Of a stretch of DNA of 64,000 nt, positions 35,869-51,600 are shown piece by piece. The position numbers and the translations under genes were made by a program. The notes below the pieces were generated by a model. That model made no database searches, had not been told where the DNA came from, and saw only the letters and a program-made list of their open reading frames with translations. The DNA lies in NCBI GenBank assembly GCA_000320545.1, contig ADNK01001727.1, positions 1 through 64,000 on the forward strand, in the 5' to 3' direction. This DNA is from Bigelowiella natans CCMP2755. Lineage: Eukaryota > Protista > Cercozoa. Position 1 is the first letter of the stretch. The number at the start of each line of letters is the position of its first letter.

Positions 35869-37026
35869 TATCATCATCATCACAACCACAGGCTAAAAAA
35901 AGGGAGGAAGCTGGGTGAATTTTGAGAGAAATCGTAAAAAGAAATCAAATAAATGAAAATAGCCATCACAACCAACGTGTGAAGAGGGAACACAATAAAT
36001 ATGAAATGACGATAAGATGTATGTACTGGATTGACACTGAACGTCGTGAATTCTTGTTAGAACTGCCGACTCCATCTGTATTGATGCGAAGGTTTCTGTA
36101 AATTGTCCTATCCGAAATTCCTTTATCAATACAACAAAAACAAGGATCATTAGTGAATAACATTTTTTCTAAGTTGTAATAGATAACACAACACAAACGA
36201 CAACAACCAACCAGTAAGTCATAAATCAAGAGAAATACGACATTCGTCATTTTATTTGCTTTGATAAGGATAGTACTGTGAGGCTGTTGATCAAGAATTA
36301 TTATTACCCAAACTACTACTTTTCTCATTCAAAGTAGTGTCTGCGATGTCATCATAACGATTACTATTGGAGTCCTGTCAAATAACGATATTCATATTTT
36401 ATTATACCAAAAAAATTAACAATAACAATGAAACCGTCCAAATGATAAAATTTTGGAAGTGCTATGATACAAAGAAAACACTACTATTATTCTACTTAGA
36501 AACGAAACTTATGAATATACGATTCTTGTTCTACAAATATGTGTTTGTTACTACTACCTCGTCCTTTTCTTTGACCGAACCCGACGATTCATAATCTATT
36601 ACTCCTTTCCGTGCTTTTCCATCATCATCATCATCATAATTGTCTTCTTCATTTTCACCCTTCTCCTCCTCCTAAGTAAGAAAGAATCATGCAAACACCT
36701 TCTCTACTACCACTACAACAACAGCTACGACTGCTACTACTACTACTACACCTCAATGAAAAGACTGATGAAAATAATTGTACACACACACACACACACA
36801 CACACAATGCTTAGTTACATACTTACCACTCAATTACTACTTTCTCGAAATCGTGTAATTATGATAATAATGATAATACCACTTCGGATCCAGTATCACA
36901 ACCCTCCATTAGCGCAACAACCCCATTTTCAGCTCCTTGTTCGGATTTATACTGGAATAAAAAGAAAAAAACAACAGAAACACGTTTGATATCATAAATA
37001 ATGCAGAACAAGCACACAATCGTACA

Positions 37027-37088
<62 letters not shown>

Positions 37089-37934
37089 TATATATATATA
37101 TATTATATAATATTCATGTGCGTATTTGCCACAAATATATTCTTTTGCAATATCATTTCCATCATTCTCATTTTCTCCTATTGTGTTCAATAGTCGTTGT
37201 TTATTACGTGTTTATTTTGGCCTTCATTTTGATATTGATTCTCCAATGGAGGTTCTTTGCTTTCTTCGTCTTCGTTTCCCTCTTTAGAGAAAGATGAAAG
37301 TAAAATATGCAAACAAGTAGATTTTAATATGATATGAGACATTCGTATCTAAATATGAACGTTTTTATTCCCTCCCCTGTCCCTTTCGTCGTCTTTACTT
37401 TTAATTCAACGTAATATCCTCCCCCCCATTTGTATCACTTTGTGCTGCTTTTTGTTTCACGTATTTACAAACCTTCAATTGTTTCATACGTGCCCCGCTG
37501 ATCTTTTTGTACTCCTAAGATTGATTTTGTGGTCAAATGAGGATAAGAATGACAGATTAATAGATGATTTCCTTAGGGACATATTATACATTTGTAGTGC
37601 ATGTGCTTATAAATATAATATATTGTTTTGAGAGCGACGGCGTCTACAAAGAATGTTCAGGTAAGATTTAATACTGCATAAAAACTGCGTCTCTATAATA
37701 TCACAAAATATCACATTAGTTGATGCTGATCATTTTTATTTAAAAATGGAAATGCAGAATAAGTACTACTACTACACTACTACTGCTAGCACCGTTTGAT
37801 TCTTCCTCTTCTTGATCATCTGCAAACATCCCAGGCAATAACTCTGTACCACATTGACGGCATCAATAAGAATAGCAGCACCAACATTGGGTACGGCAAA
37901 CGACAAAGTACACATTTTGTTACTTCAACATATT

Positions 37935-37975
<41 letters not shown>

Positions 37976-39841
37976 ACTATAATGTACATATACGCACACA
38001 TTTTATCAACTTTAATAAATATATATTATTTATGTCTTATTCCCTGCGAATGCGTAATGCGTAGCTTTTATCTATATTAAGTGGGTTGATAGTTTTGATC
38101 TACTACTTACTGACCTTGAAACTGTCCTTCTGTCCACGTTATACGCTTGTACTGGGCAGGGCCAGCTATAGTACCAGCACCAGCAGTTTTCATATTATGA
38201 TCAAAATATCAATATTCAGTGTGTTGTATCATTATTATTATTATTTCCAGATGTTGTTAGAATTTACATCAACAACATATCACGACGATGATAATGATGA
38301 CCATGACTATATAATTTAAAATCACTTGATGATCTCATTGTCATCTCGGAATTGCGCCTTCGTCTTTGGCGGAGATTATTCAACGCAGCGTTTAAAGGAT
38401 CAACATTCTGCAATATTACAATAATGTCATCTATCATATTTGTTGTCCACAGACTATTCAAAATATCAGCACACTCTAATCAGTTGATAAAAGACAAAAC
38501 ACAAGTGCCTAATAATCTGTGGTAGGTGTTGCTTTTCTCCCTCCTTCCATCATACACCCCCATCACCCAAATACATTTATAAAACAACAACATGTAGCAG
38601 AAGAGGCAGCAGCAGTAGTAGTAATAGTCTACGCACTACTTACTTGGCGGTTTTTATTTGGTGATGCGTCTCTGGTAGCTCTGAATGAATGAATTATCAT
38701 CATCGATCAACGTCATCATCAAACCATCAATATGAAACAAAGAAGACAAATAATAAATTGTTAAACAAGAGCAATGTGAAGGTAGAAATTGGAGTAACAA
38801 CCAAGAAGAAGGTAATCAAGAAAAGTTGAATTAGAACAAGTTTATAGACTACGATGACGACGAGGACCACAATTAGGGACATACTCTAAACAAGGTTTTA
38901 AAAACTCATCCTACTTAAGAAACTGAATCTTTGCAAGCATTCGTTTCCCTTCTTGAGATGATGAGCCTACTGAAGAAAGAGTACGACCTGTAGGAGGAGG
39001 AGGAGGAGGAGGAGGAGGAGGAGGAGGAGGAGGAGAAGGACAAAAGTGAAGTGCCGACTAGAAACAAACGGAGAAAGAAAGAAAGGGAGAGAAAAAGAGA
39101 AAATATAAGGAAGTATTTGCAGATGCGTATATGCCTTCTGCAGCCTTTATATTTCTCTGCATTTTCGATAACGTATTTTCTTATTGTAATTCTTATTCTT
39201 ATATCGTGTTTCTACCACAATACCACCCTCTGGATTTTTTTTTTCTCAGATAAAAAGAAGAAGAAGAAGAAGAAGAAGAAGAACATGCATATGATAGTAG
39301 GTTACAGTACTACAAACACTTATTATACTACCAGGCAAAAAGCTTGTACTGCTGCTACGAGAGGAAGCTGATTTTGTGAATAACTGAGCAGCTGCAGATG
39401 CAACCTCGTTGGTTCGTTGCTGCATCATTACTAAATTCGCCTAAAATGAATGATAAATGAATAAATATAAGCACCAACATCCAATAGCAAGTAGGGGCAG
39501 TTTTTTACCAAAAAAAGAAAGAGAAAGAGCCTACACTGCTGACTACTAGTTCTTCGTCTTTTATTGCTACTACTACTATTACTACTACCACTACTACTAC
39601 TACTAAACTAAGTGCAACAACCCACTACGACATGACGATATCGGGTGCTGTTACTACTACTACTATTACCCTCATCTGCTCTTCATGCTGTCGTTGTTCG
39701 GCCAATTTCATTTTGAGCTCTGTGACCTCTTTTTGCATCGTCTCTAGAAGCATGTCTTTTGGATCCTTCAAGGGAGAGAGGGGGAGGAGAAGGAGGAGGA
39801 GGAGAAGGATGAACTAGTGTCCATGACCGACAATCATGGTC

Positions 39842-39874
<33 letters not shown>

Positions 39875-40414
39875 CAATTTTCTTTTACTAAACCGCAGGT
39901 TAGAAATATGATATTTTATATAATTATTAAATCAAAGGTGGTGTAAGTTTTTGTGATCCACACACATTCCACCTCCGTTTGTTGTCTATTACTACCTGTT
40001 CCTTGAATACGGAATTCTTTATCTTTCTCGCAAACATTGCATAACGCATTGTACTTAATGTTTCCGATGCATCCTTTGGGCAAGGGCTCACACATGCTAC
40101 CATCTGCGTCACTGAATTGCCTCCCAAAGAATCTTGCAATAATCGCGTGAGCACACTGATTGATTAGTATTTACATAGCATGAGTAGTAGTAGTGGTAGG
40201 TACATACAAAAGAATAAAAGGACAGAAGTGAAACATGAATCATAATAAGTTGGTTATCTTACTTGCGTGGGTACCACGGTAGGCTAATGTAGATTATTCG
40301 GCTGCTACCAGCTACATTGCTGCATCGATGATAATATATCTAGCAACCAACCACCATCACCACCACCACACTGCAATGGTGCGTACACGCGCACACATAA
40401 ACACAAAAAAAGAC

Positions 40415-40457
<43 letters not shown>

Positions 40458-40700
40458 ACCTGTCGCGGTAAGGCACATGCTTCTGCGCCTTTGAAAGGGC
40501 TGTTATTACTCTAAGACAATGACAATGGAGAACATAGATGATAGACAGACAAACAGACAAAATATCATCGCATTAACATTCTATTTTAGTACTTTCATGA
40601 GCACAACCAACATTTTAAAAGTATAAGGAAACATCCTTACTAATAGTCGAATACTAGATAAAGTAGTTGCAGTTGTTCCTATCGCTATTATTACTATTAC

Positions 40701-40732
<32 letters not shown>

Positions 40733-42260
40733 TCTCCTCTTCCTCCCATCCATATAATATTAATAATATTAATCCCCAAACATGTTGTAGTTAACACCGT
40801 GCAAGTGCTTGCAGAGATGTGTTGATGGCCAATGTTTCACTCACACGTGTTTCTAATAAAAGTATACCATGATGATGATGATGTGAAGATGATGATGATG
40901 ATAACAAAAGAAAGAAGAAAGAGTAGAGAAGAAGGAGTATGCTTAAAAAGGATTCTATGCCCACAATAACAACAATAACAACAATTACAACAATTACAAC
41001 AATAACAACAAACGAGTCATAGGAATGCTATGGTATGGTGCTGCTGCTGCTGCTGCATAGTTGTGCTTGATCGTACGAGATATATCCTGATTTCCTAGCC
41101 CATGAATATCCTAGCAACATGAACAATCAGCCGATATACCAATGATGACAAATTAGCATGCAAAATGGGAATGTGAAACATATAAATTTATTTTATTTGC
41201 TAAGGAGAAATGAAGAAAATGAAAAAGTGAAAAAACGACTGAATTGAATAGGAATACAGCAGATTTAATTGTGGATAAGGAAAAATAAGAGGAAAAATAG
41301 GAAATACAGGATTATGAATTGTAGGAAAGAGAGAGAGAGAAAGAGAGAGAAAAAAAAAAATTGGGAAAAACTTGTATCATATGAGACTCCTCATTCATCA
41401 AAAGAATAATAGCAAAACTATTACTAATACAAAGTACTTTTTTCAGAGACTCAGAACCAGCTAAATCCACCTGCACACCATCATCATCATCATCATCATC
41501 ATCATCGTCGTCGTCGCCCATACGTACGTGCATACATGCATGCATGCATATATACATCATATGACCAAAACACGAATGAGCACGAGCAGCAGCAGCATGT
41601 TATCTTTGATGAAAAGAAGGGTGAAAGGACAGGTTCGTAGGAAAACAACAGTCTCTTTAAACAACAAACAATATCTATCTCTGGTTTGGTGGTGATAATA
41701 ATAGTGGTGATGATGTATGGTGATGGTGATGGTATGGTAATGCTCTAATGTAGCAGCAGCATTAGCAGCCAGAAACAGAAGAAGAAGAAGAACCAGGTTG
41801 AGGCGGGATCGTAGGTTCATAGTTGCTGTTTTGCCCTTTCTGTTGGACTTTTTCTTTTCTCTTTTAATGGTTTTCTTTGATTCTAATACCTAATTGAAAG
41901 TAGTATGTTTTATGTTTAACTAATTCTAATCTTGCAACAGTGGTAGTAATATGCATACAAATTAGATTTATGTAATTACCATCGTGATGATTAGATGAGA
42001 TCTCGATGAAACATGGTTTTTATTCGTTGCGGCTGTTACGCGGTACTCAAATGCACCCTAATAATAATAATAATAATAATGTTGTAGCAGCAGTGGTAGT
42101 AATTGTTGTTCTTGCCATCTTATATAGAAACAACTATGAGCGAGCAAGAACATGATGCGTAGCAGCAGTCGTCATCAACGTAAATAGACTACACGTTAGA
42201 GCAAGAGGATATCATAGTAAACATCGTATTAGAATCATCGTATTAGAATCATCGTACTAA

Positions 42261-42291
<31 letters not shown>

Positions 42292-42812
42292 CAACAATCA
42301 ATCAATGGCAATATATGCGTATATGTATATAAGTAGTGCTACTACTATTTGAAACAAAGAAGTACCTTTAGAGCATTGATCATATCGTTTGCCTCTAAGC
42401 ATACTAGGTAGAAATTATATAGAAATAACATGTAGTTGATGCCAAGGACTCATTTATAAATAAATAAACATCAACCTTCAAAACCCTCTATTCTCTTTCC
42501 TCTTTCCACGTCCCCCCCCTCCTTTCCCCTTCTCTTAACTCTAAAATTTGTATATGCGTGTGTCGTATTAGTAGTCGCCTCCTCTCAGCTACATCAAGGA
42601 ACAAATGATGCACTCATTCTCAGTAACATCATTCGCCCTTTTTGCATGTACAACAACTGATATAACACACGCGCATATCAACCTTTCTGTACTGCACCTT
42701 CAGCCAGTACTGAACCATCTATATATCGTTATTATGCAGAACAAACAACCCAGACAACATAATCAACCATCTATATCGTTATTATGTACGCACAACAACC
42801 CAGATAGCAAAA

Positions 42813-42847
<35 letters not shown>

Positions 42848-43197
42848 ATAGTGGTAGTGCAGGGAAGATCCCAAACAAACACGCACAATCAATGGCCTAC
42901 CATACACACGACAAACCTAACGATATTTCTCACGGTATTTTGACTTTGTGTTGTGATCAAGTACTGGTGAGTGTGCATACTCTCGTGATAATAACCAATC
43001 ATCATCAAACATTATCTATTTTCTTATATTACCAGGGCGCTCTCTCAGCCTAATCTTCTTTGGTTTTGTCTGCTGCTGCTTCTGCTGCTTTGAGAATTTC
43101 TTCTGGTGCGTCGTTTCATGTGGAGAATGATGTCGCTTCTTATTTCGCCGCCCTTTATTATTATTTATAGCAGTCCGTCCTTCTTCACCAATCTCGC

Positions 43198-43234
<37 letters not shown>

Positions 43235-43719
43235 CAAAAGATCCCTGATGATGCAATATAGCATTCATTAACTAATTAGGATGATACTTAAACCTATCGT
43301 TGTCAATACATTTAACTGTCTTCCCTCTCTTTAACTGTAAACATCACACACACACACACACACACACACACAACATAATGTAATATGTGTGTGTGTGTGA
43401 GGCGTGTAAGTGTGCCGTGCTTTAGTGTATAATAGGTCAAAGCTTATTCATTCTTAGGAGGTGTTATTGACGTTTCATTTATTTGTTAGTTCCGATATAG
43501 ATGATAATGATAATGATCATGTTTGTTCTTATCATATCACGGCGTTCATTCATTCATCATAATCTTTTCCCCAACACTAGTGCTACCACCTGATCTGTTC
43601 ATTGTACACCTCTAATACCTAATGATTGCGGAGAGAAGAAGACAATGACGAAGAGAACTTCATTGAGATATAATTGATGATAGTGCCCTTCGTATTGATG
43701 GCATAAAGTAGTAGTTGTT

Positions 43720-43751
<32 letters not shown>

Positions 43752-44602
43752 GCAAATCGTTGTTGCTGCTTCTATCTATCATATTGAAAGGAGGAGGCCA
43801 CCATTTAGTATTACTACGGTATTGTAGTTCAAACACATTGATGTAGTAGCACTACTACTGCTACCAGAGGAAAGAGGGGAAGGAAAGAGCAGGCAGCAGC
43901 ACTTTGATGAGGAGGCTGTTGATCATATATGTACACAACATGCTGCTTACTGCTATTAATACTACTACTACTACTACTATTACTACTACCGAGCAGTGGA
44001 CCAGATACTCTACTTTGTTGTCTTCATTCTCTGACGACTGAATGTACAAGCGAAAAGATATTACGAACATTATCGTTATTTATGTATTTCATTTATTTTA
44101 GTGTGGTTGAAGAAGTTGATTGTTGATTGCTTCTTTCTACCCACACATCATCCTCAAATGGAAACGATGGTGCCACACCACTTGAAACAATATATCATGA
44201 TTCATCATAACCTGGCTAGCTTTGTTATAGAACTCCGCAATCACACGTGGAAGCAACCCTTGGTAAATAGATATATAAGCTAAACTACTACTTTACCCAT
44301 TTAGCACTATGACAATGACGTGTTAGTTACTACAATGCGGAAAAACATCGGAATGAAAGAACTCCAATAAATGATATATGTGTCGGTGAAAGAAGAAAAA
44401 AATAGTAGTAAAAGTCATCATCGTAGGCACAGCCATACCCTCCATATCTGGAACTCCAATGTCACCAATCATTGTCGTCGTCTAATAACCACAATTTATA
44501 TTATTTATCCAACATAGTAGTAATTTTGTCAAGAGATATGTATTTCTGCACAATCAACTTCTTCTTGTGCCTGGGAAGTTTGCATCCTTTGTTGTGTTGC
44601 TT

Positions 44603-44652
<50 letters not shown>

Positions 44653-44986
44653 CTCTGTTTCTCTTTACATCATCATATTTATTTATGGTAATGGAGTTGA
44701 TGATATTATATCGGACAGGGACAGTTTCTTCATGTTACTACCTTTCCACTGCTAGATTGTCCATATGCAAATATTGTACCGTTAAATCCTATTTAATTAT
44801 TAAGTGATATGTTATTATCTATCATATCATCATGTCCACCTCCCTCATGAAATGTTGTAGTAAGCAACGATGAAGAAGCAGCCAGGATGAATTAGAAGTA
44901 ACGTGAGGGCCAAACAGAACAGGGCCAACATTTGTTGTTGTATCGTAATGTCAGCGCATGATTCTCCCCTCTAGCTCATCATCGTT

Positions 44987-45020
<34 letters not shown>

Positions 45021-45364
45021 TATACCGTCCATGACGTTCTTTACTGCAGGTTTTATAAATTCATCGAAAATCTCGGCTTGCGTTGTACTGAGGATCAAAT
45101 TAGAGTAATTAAAGTTAAAATAGAAAAATGAAAGGTATTGTTGTTACAGTGTCTATTCATTATCACTGATGATGATGATGATGATGATGACAGCAGAGAA
45201 AATATATCCTCGCTTCCCTCCTCTTAACTTTTCTTTTCTCCTTCTTGTCCCCTTATTTCTTTCATTGACCTGCCGTCAAAGAGCCTATCGAACTTCATGA
45301 TTCCGGAGTTTTTCCCATCGTCTCTTTTGTACAAGTAACTTCATTCAGTATGAATGTTGGGTAC

Positions 45365-45401
<37 letters not shown>

Positions 45402-45670
45402 ATAAATACGGCCACTCGAAATGAATACTATTATAGTGTCATAGATACCCTGAAACACTTCCTGTCCGCTCGTCTCTGTAGTTTACTGCGCACTCGATGT
45501 CCCCATCTTTAGGTAAAATGGGGCGTACACGCACGCACACCTAAGTTGTTTCATCTCCATGTTAAAGAGGAGAAGCGAAGCGCACATACGACGACACAAC
45601 TGAGAATGTAACGTATCTCCTTTCTAACCTGTACGCCTCTTGCCTGTGGTTTCACAGCCTTCTTTGTCAT
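34295..45670 (-). CDS. N-terminal motor kinesin, many short exons, coiled-coil tail (3' end uncertain)
   Basis: [14 protein letters not shown]|VCVRVRP at the start; P-loop [16 protein letters not shown]|TTTM (~44740-44790, ~44470); switch [11 protein letters not shown] (~42000); VDLAGSE (~41460); HVPYRD (~40470); [40 protein letters not shown] (~39995-40155). Confidence 0.9.
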
Positions 45671-45999
45671 GGGTGAAAACACGACGGATTAACGTTCCCT
45701 ATGTGGATAATCGTACCCCCCTACATATTGTGAGTTCGTTGATGATGACGTTTTCGCTTAACTGAGCGATCATTCTCAACCCAACCCCTCCGTTTCTACA
45801 ACATCAAGCAGTTCATAACTTAACACAATACAGTTCCGTCCCCATTTTCACAGCACCTTGTCACAGTCCCCCTCCTCTCTGTTTGTGGTACTAAATTAGA
45901 ACAACACCAGCCCTTCTAGCCCTCAGAGGAAGGCTGCTATGTGTATTTTGCTGCAGCATTCGATGAAAACCTGTATGCGACATCAAATAATATTGAAAA

Positions 46000-46341
46000 T
46001 CTCATAAAATACATGCCATTTGTGAGTCAAACCTCTTCTAAATCAACTGCATTGGGATTGTAACCGAAATCATCTATCATGATCATTTTCCTAGTGGTAG
46101 TTCCCTGTTGGTTTAAGAAAATAATCCAGGAAATAATAATAATAATAATCAGGAAATAAATCCAATGGAAATCATCCTGGAAATAAATAATAATCGCATA
46201 GAAATTTGGTGCTAGGTAGTAGTTTGTAGTTAAGTTAGTTATTCTAGTCGCATCCTTGACTTACCAGCTATGTTGGATGTTGTCTTGTAGCAGATATGTG
46301 CGACAAGTATGGAAGATCATCTAGGAAAAAAGGCAACAACA

Positions 46342-46372
<31 letters not shown>

Positions 46373-48977
46373 CAACAACAACAACAATAACAACAACAAT
46401 AACAACAACAACAACAACATCATGTACGAGAAGTCGTACCACTACGTCATCGGCTCGCCATACCTCTATAAGAGGAGGAGAAGGGGAGGCGGAGGGAGGT
46501 GCTGGTTGCGATCCGTAGGCATTTTTCACTAGATCTAGCGGCTACAACATAGGATTGGTAATGTATTAGAATCCTGGTGCTGTTGGCAATCAATTATGAG
46601 TGAATGAGTGAGTACTTCGAGCATCTGAGCATCATGTGTACATGTGTAGTGGAAGAATGATCATGCTGGAATCATGCTGCTGTCAGGATTACTAAAGATC
46701 AATACCAACTTCTTCTACTACCATGTGTAATAATAACAATAATAATAATAATAATAATAGTAGCACAGAGGGGGAGGACAGCAGAAAAGAGAGATCTTCT
46801 CTATTTCTAAAAAGCGACAGGACAAGGAAAGTGGATCATAATGAAACTAGGAAATAAAAATGTGGTGAAAAACACAACAACCGAGGCAACTTATTTGCTA
46901 ATGGATAGTAAGGATGAGGATGGAGGAATGGCAAACCACGTACTGCTACTACTAGTAGTAGTAGTACTACCACCAAAGGGGTGTTTATGTACTTTTCCTA
47001 CTGTTTAGCGAGATCATCGTCGTTCACAAATTCCTACTTATCTTCCAGGAAAAGAGGATGAAGATGATAGGGAGGGGAAGGAGAGAAGGAGGACGTCTCT
47101 CAGCTGCAGAAGTTTTAGGATCAATGGAGGTAGAAAGAGCCTCACGAAGAAAGAAGGAACGATATACCAGCACTTTCTGTTTTGTTTTTAACCTGGTTAA
47201 TCCCCGAATAACTAACTCACGGTGTAGGAGAATAGACGGTGTAAACGCAATATATATACCAAAAGAATCGATTATTTCAATAGTATGTACAATATTCGTC
47301 TTGCATTCTCCTATCACACACTTTTAAGCAGCCCTCTTCCTTCATTTAACAAATATGCTTCAAATCTAGAAAGTTTCCCTGCATAAAATCAATTATTCAG
47401 CTGTGGCTTGGACATTCTCCAAGGTTGTTATCATTCATTCATCAATGACCAAACACGTGATGCACAACCTCTTAAGAATGGCATTGATATGTAGTGCTTG
47501 TCCCATATTTTCCTCTTTCTCCACCCCTGTTAATCGAACAGAAAAGACTAATTGAGGTTCTTTCTTGGTCACAGGTTTTTGTGGGATGTTTATTGTTCTT
47601 ACTGACACGATGGAGGTAAGTAAAGAGAGTGGGGGAATGCGCCCTCATCAGAAGTGGGACATTTTGAGAAGAAAAAGAAGAGGAAGAAGAAGAAGAAGTA
47701 CCCATTATGATCATTACTCACATGGTTTTGTCACGACAGTTGAAGTTGATGATATACTGCTGCATTATAACCCATCAAAACAATACTTGAATACAGAAAA
47801 TTCATTCATTCATGGTCAATTGCTCAGAAGAGAAGAGCGCCATTAAATCTAGAGTGGTAGTAGTGGTGGATATTGCTCTTCAATAATTGCTGTATTGCTT
47901 GTAATACAATGCAGCTTGCGACAACTCGGATACTTAGGATCCATTCCGCTACCAAGTGATTAATATAGATTGAGAATAAGTATATCGAGATAATAAAGAC
48001 AACGATTATGATGATGAGATTGATAACAGTGATAAAGTGAATGCATGTTGCGGTGGTGTACATTACTACGAATGCCATGTAGTAGTAGTAGTAGTAGTAG
48101 TATAGTAGTAGATAGAATTTATATCATCTACTACCTACCCTCCTTATAATCATATAGAGATCCAAAGTGAAAGGTAGAAGACTGTGTGCGTGCATTTGCA
48201 GCGTTTGAAGACAAGGAGTTGAACACTATTTTGTTCCGTTGTTGTCGGTTTATCGTAAACGACTAGGTATTACGGCATTTATGGCAGGGATATACTTTGT
48301 ACTATCTATGATCTTGAAGGTAATAAAAATCATGGATTGTTGATAAATGGGAATGGTGGTGGGAAAGAGTGGAGGGGGAGGAAGAGAGTAGTGTTGTTTC
48401 AGGGAGAAAGCTGCACCAACATTCTAGCATCATTGGTGATATCAACACCATTACCTTGATCATGATCATGATCATCATGATCATCATCATCATCATCATC
48501 ATCATTATCGCCACCAGGGTGTCCTAGACGAATATTCAGAGTCTTCTCGTTTACCTCTTCTGGTGAGTCACTCAGACATTGATTCTCTCACTCTCCATGT
48601 AGTAATTGTTCGTTCAATCAGTGAATCGTCATTTTGGGGTATGCATTTAATCATCAACATCATCATCATCATCATCATCATCTAAGGTTGCAAACGGAGT
48701 AATACAATACAGAGAATCATGGCAGCTGTGTGAACCACGTTCAGAGACAGTAATAGCACTAGCATAGCTAGTAGTAGTAAAAAGAAGAAGGGTTACGACA
48801 ATATGTATACTGCTACTACTCATGCGTCATTAGAAGAAAACTGGGTTTATGTTCCTAAGAGAGAGGGGAAAAAGGAGGAAGGGGGAGACATAAAAAGATG
48901 AGATAATTACGATGATGATGGTGATAATGATAGTGATGATGATAATGATAGTGATAAATATTTCGATGATAAATGAC

Positions 48978-49010
<33 letters not shown>

Positions 49011-49186
49011 AGCAGGGCATCGCTGATAGATCACCAGTATGTATAGTAATGCAGTGTTCTTGCTCATCACCATCCTTAATTTATTCATTCATAAATTATA
49101 TCGTTGAGGTGAGAGAAGTCACAGCACTTCTGGCACATATGGTTCAATGTCTTATCGATGGAATATGTACTAAATTGATATATGTA

Positions 49187-49226
<40 letters not shown>

Positions 49227-49704
49227 GTGTGTGTATGTGTGTGTATGTGTGTGTGTGTGTGGTTGTGAGAGGAAATGACGTTAATTGAGGATGAGAAACA
49301 GCAAAAGATAATGGTAGTTGTGTAGGGTGGGGAAGGCAAAAAAAGTAACTTGCTGTTTAGTTGATGATGATGGGCACTTATTGTTAGCTTTCTTGCTGCT
49401 GCTGCTGCCAGAAACAACGACATATGTTACACAACAACAACAACAACTACTACTACTACTACTATTACTGTTTGCTACTCCTACAACTTCTACCTCTTTT
49501 TGCCTATCTTCCGGTACAAATCAGCTCATCCAAGATCTGGTATAACCACGATCAATCAGGTGATAATAGAGTGATATTGTTAGGAAGAGGAAATTATTAT
49601 TCTTGCCGAGTAGTATGTCATCATCAGCACCTTGATTCATATTATTATTCTCTCTCTAATTGATAGGTCCTTGATACCTTTGAAAAGCTTCATGACTATG
49701 TAAT

Positions 49705-49736
<32 letters not shown>

Positions 49737-50791
49737 ATGATAATAGGTTTAATGTATTTATATATTAGTAGATTTATGTATATGTATAAAGCATAGTTTT
49801 GATGATGATAACTTTCAGTAGCACTATCAAAGAGCTGCTAGTGATACCAATTCGTAACCATGGCACTCACACCTTGAATGCTTTATCAATTAATAGTATA
49901 ATTGATTAATGATGCTTACACATACTCACCATCCTCCTCCTCATTATCATCATCACCATTATCATCATTCCCATCAGCATGTGTCCAAGGTTTTAACTAA
50001 CGATGACTTAAATCCTTCAATCAGTATTCATCTAGGAAAGTAGTAATCTAAACATACATGCAGTAGCGTCGAGATCACTACCACCAACACCAACACCACC
50101 ATCATCATCATCATCATCATCATCATATTCAAATTTAAATATAGTAGTGATATAAGAGCCTTCTACAATCTTATACTACATGAATGCCAATGCTACCATG
50201 TTAATACCATCTTTACAACAATAGCTTTAAACACTATTGTTGCTTGTGATTTGTTCTTAGATATTATATATATTATTATTATTATCAATATTATAGTCAT
50301 TTAGAAATGTAATTATGATGATTGCGTTTATCAGACAAATCGCCCATATTCGAATTCTGATTCTTCGTGCAGATCATGTCGCTCGTTCTTCGTATCTACC
50401 AATCAGCTTTGTAAGAACAACAAACAAACTGCTGCAAAAAGAGGCATTGTAAATGCTGATTCTCCAGCACGAAATCATTTTCTTTTCCTATACCATATAT
50501 TGATTGGCACTACTATAGCCGCATAATTCTCTGCTACTAATACTGCTACTATAACTACTACTTTTACACTCATACACCTCTAACCGACTTCAATGCGTAT
50601 TATATAACCGACAAGTGATGACCTCTGAGAGGTACCATATCTGTTTGACGTAGTCGCTGTCCTGGCTAATCGTAAGCAGCACAACGGCTGTTTTATTGGT
50701 CATAATTGTGTGATAATCAATGTCTTATTACTACTTCGTCGTCAGTTGAATTTTGTTGTTACTTGATTTGGCTATTGTTATTATTATCATA

Positions 50792-50826
<35 letters not shown>

Positions 50827-51600
50827 TGCTATTATTGCCATTCTACATGTTGGTTGCTATTTTTGTATCATCCAACGGTAACAAGTGTGTGATGACTCAT
50901 TATTATTAACACATTCTGTCTCATCCTCCTCCTCCCCTTCCTTGCAGGCTGTCGAGCATTCTACGTGGGAACAGGAGTGAGAAAGACTAGTACTAGTAGT
51001 AGTAGTAGCTATTGTTGTTCTTGTGGTGTAAGGGCTAAGATATTGGCAGTTGATGTTGGGAAGTCTTTAAGGCTGTGGTAATAGTCATATGACCTCATCA
51101 CTTTTCTTGGAATTACGTTCATAGCGCACTTTTTGTGTTGCCGTGTGTTGTTATGCGTATTGTTCTTATTTGGTTTGTTTGTTGTTCTAATTCAGATACA
51201 TACTATTACCATGTTTGGTGATGTTTATATACTTGTTTGTTCTTTTTGCAAGTGAGATGGATGTAAGTATTTCTTATACTTTTATTCATTCGTCTGCTAA
51301 CATCAAGCTTTTTGCTGCAGCATGTTGTAAATGTCTTTCAACGTAGATAGTTTAAAAGGCAATTCCAATTTTTATTATTATGATGTTTCATTAGAAAACA
51401 TATTTGCAGTTGTTGATGATGATATGATGATGATGCTGATGTTTGTGATAATGGTAATGTCATGGCGTCAACTCTGATAATATATTGTTCTTCTTCCTTT
51501 CATCATCTCTCTTTAATTTTTTATCATGAATTCAACCATTGTAGGATCCTTTCAATATATACAGCAGTATTTCCGTATCGATGGAGGTAAAAATTCGTCG
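46000..51600 (+). CDS. Probable intron-rich gene of unknown function (structure and boundaries not resolved)
   Basis: Short non-repetitive islands bounded by AG/GT on the plus strand lie between microsatellite tracts. Examples are GFCGMFIVLTDTME ~47575, VEDCVRAFAAFEDKELNTILFRCCR ~48175, GVLDEYSESSRLPLL ~48518 and VANGVIQYRESWQLCEPRSET ~48687. No family motif recognised. Confidence 0.4.

Noticed and set aside
47850-50680. Nucleoside hydrolase identity for the unresolved plus-strand gene
   Set aside because: Only a faint YLFDVVAVLA resemblance, and no DxDxxxDD motif was found.
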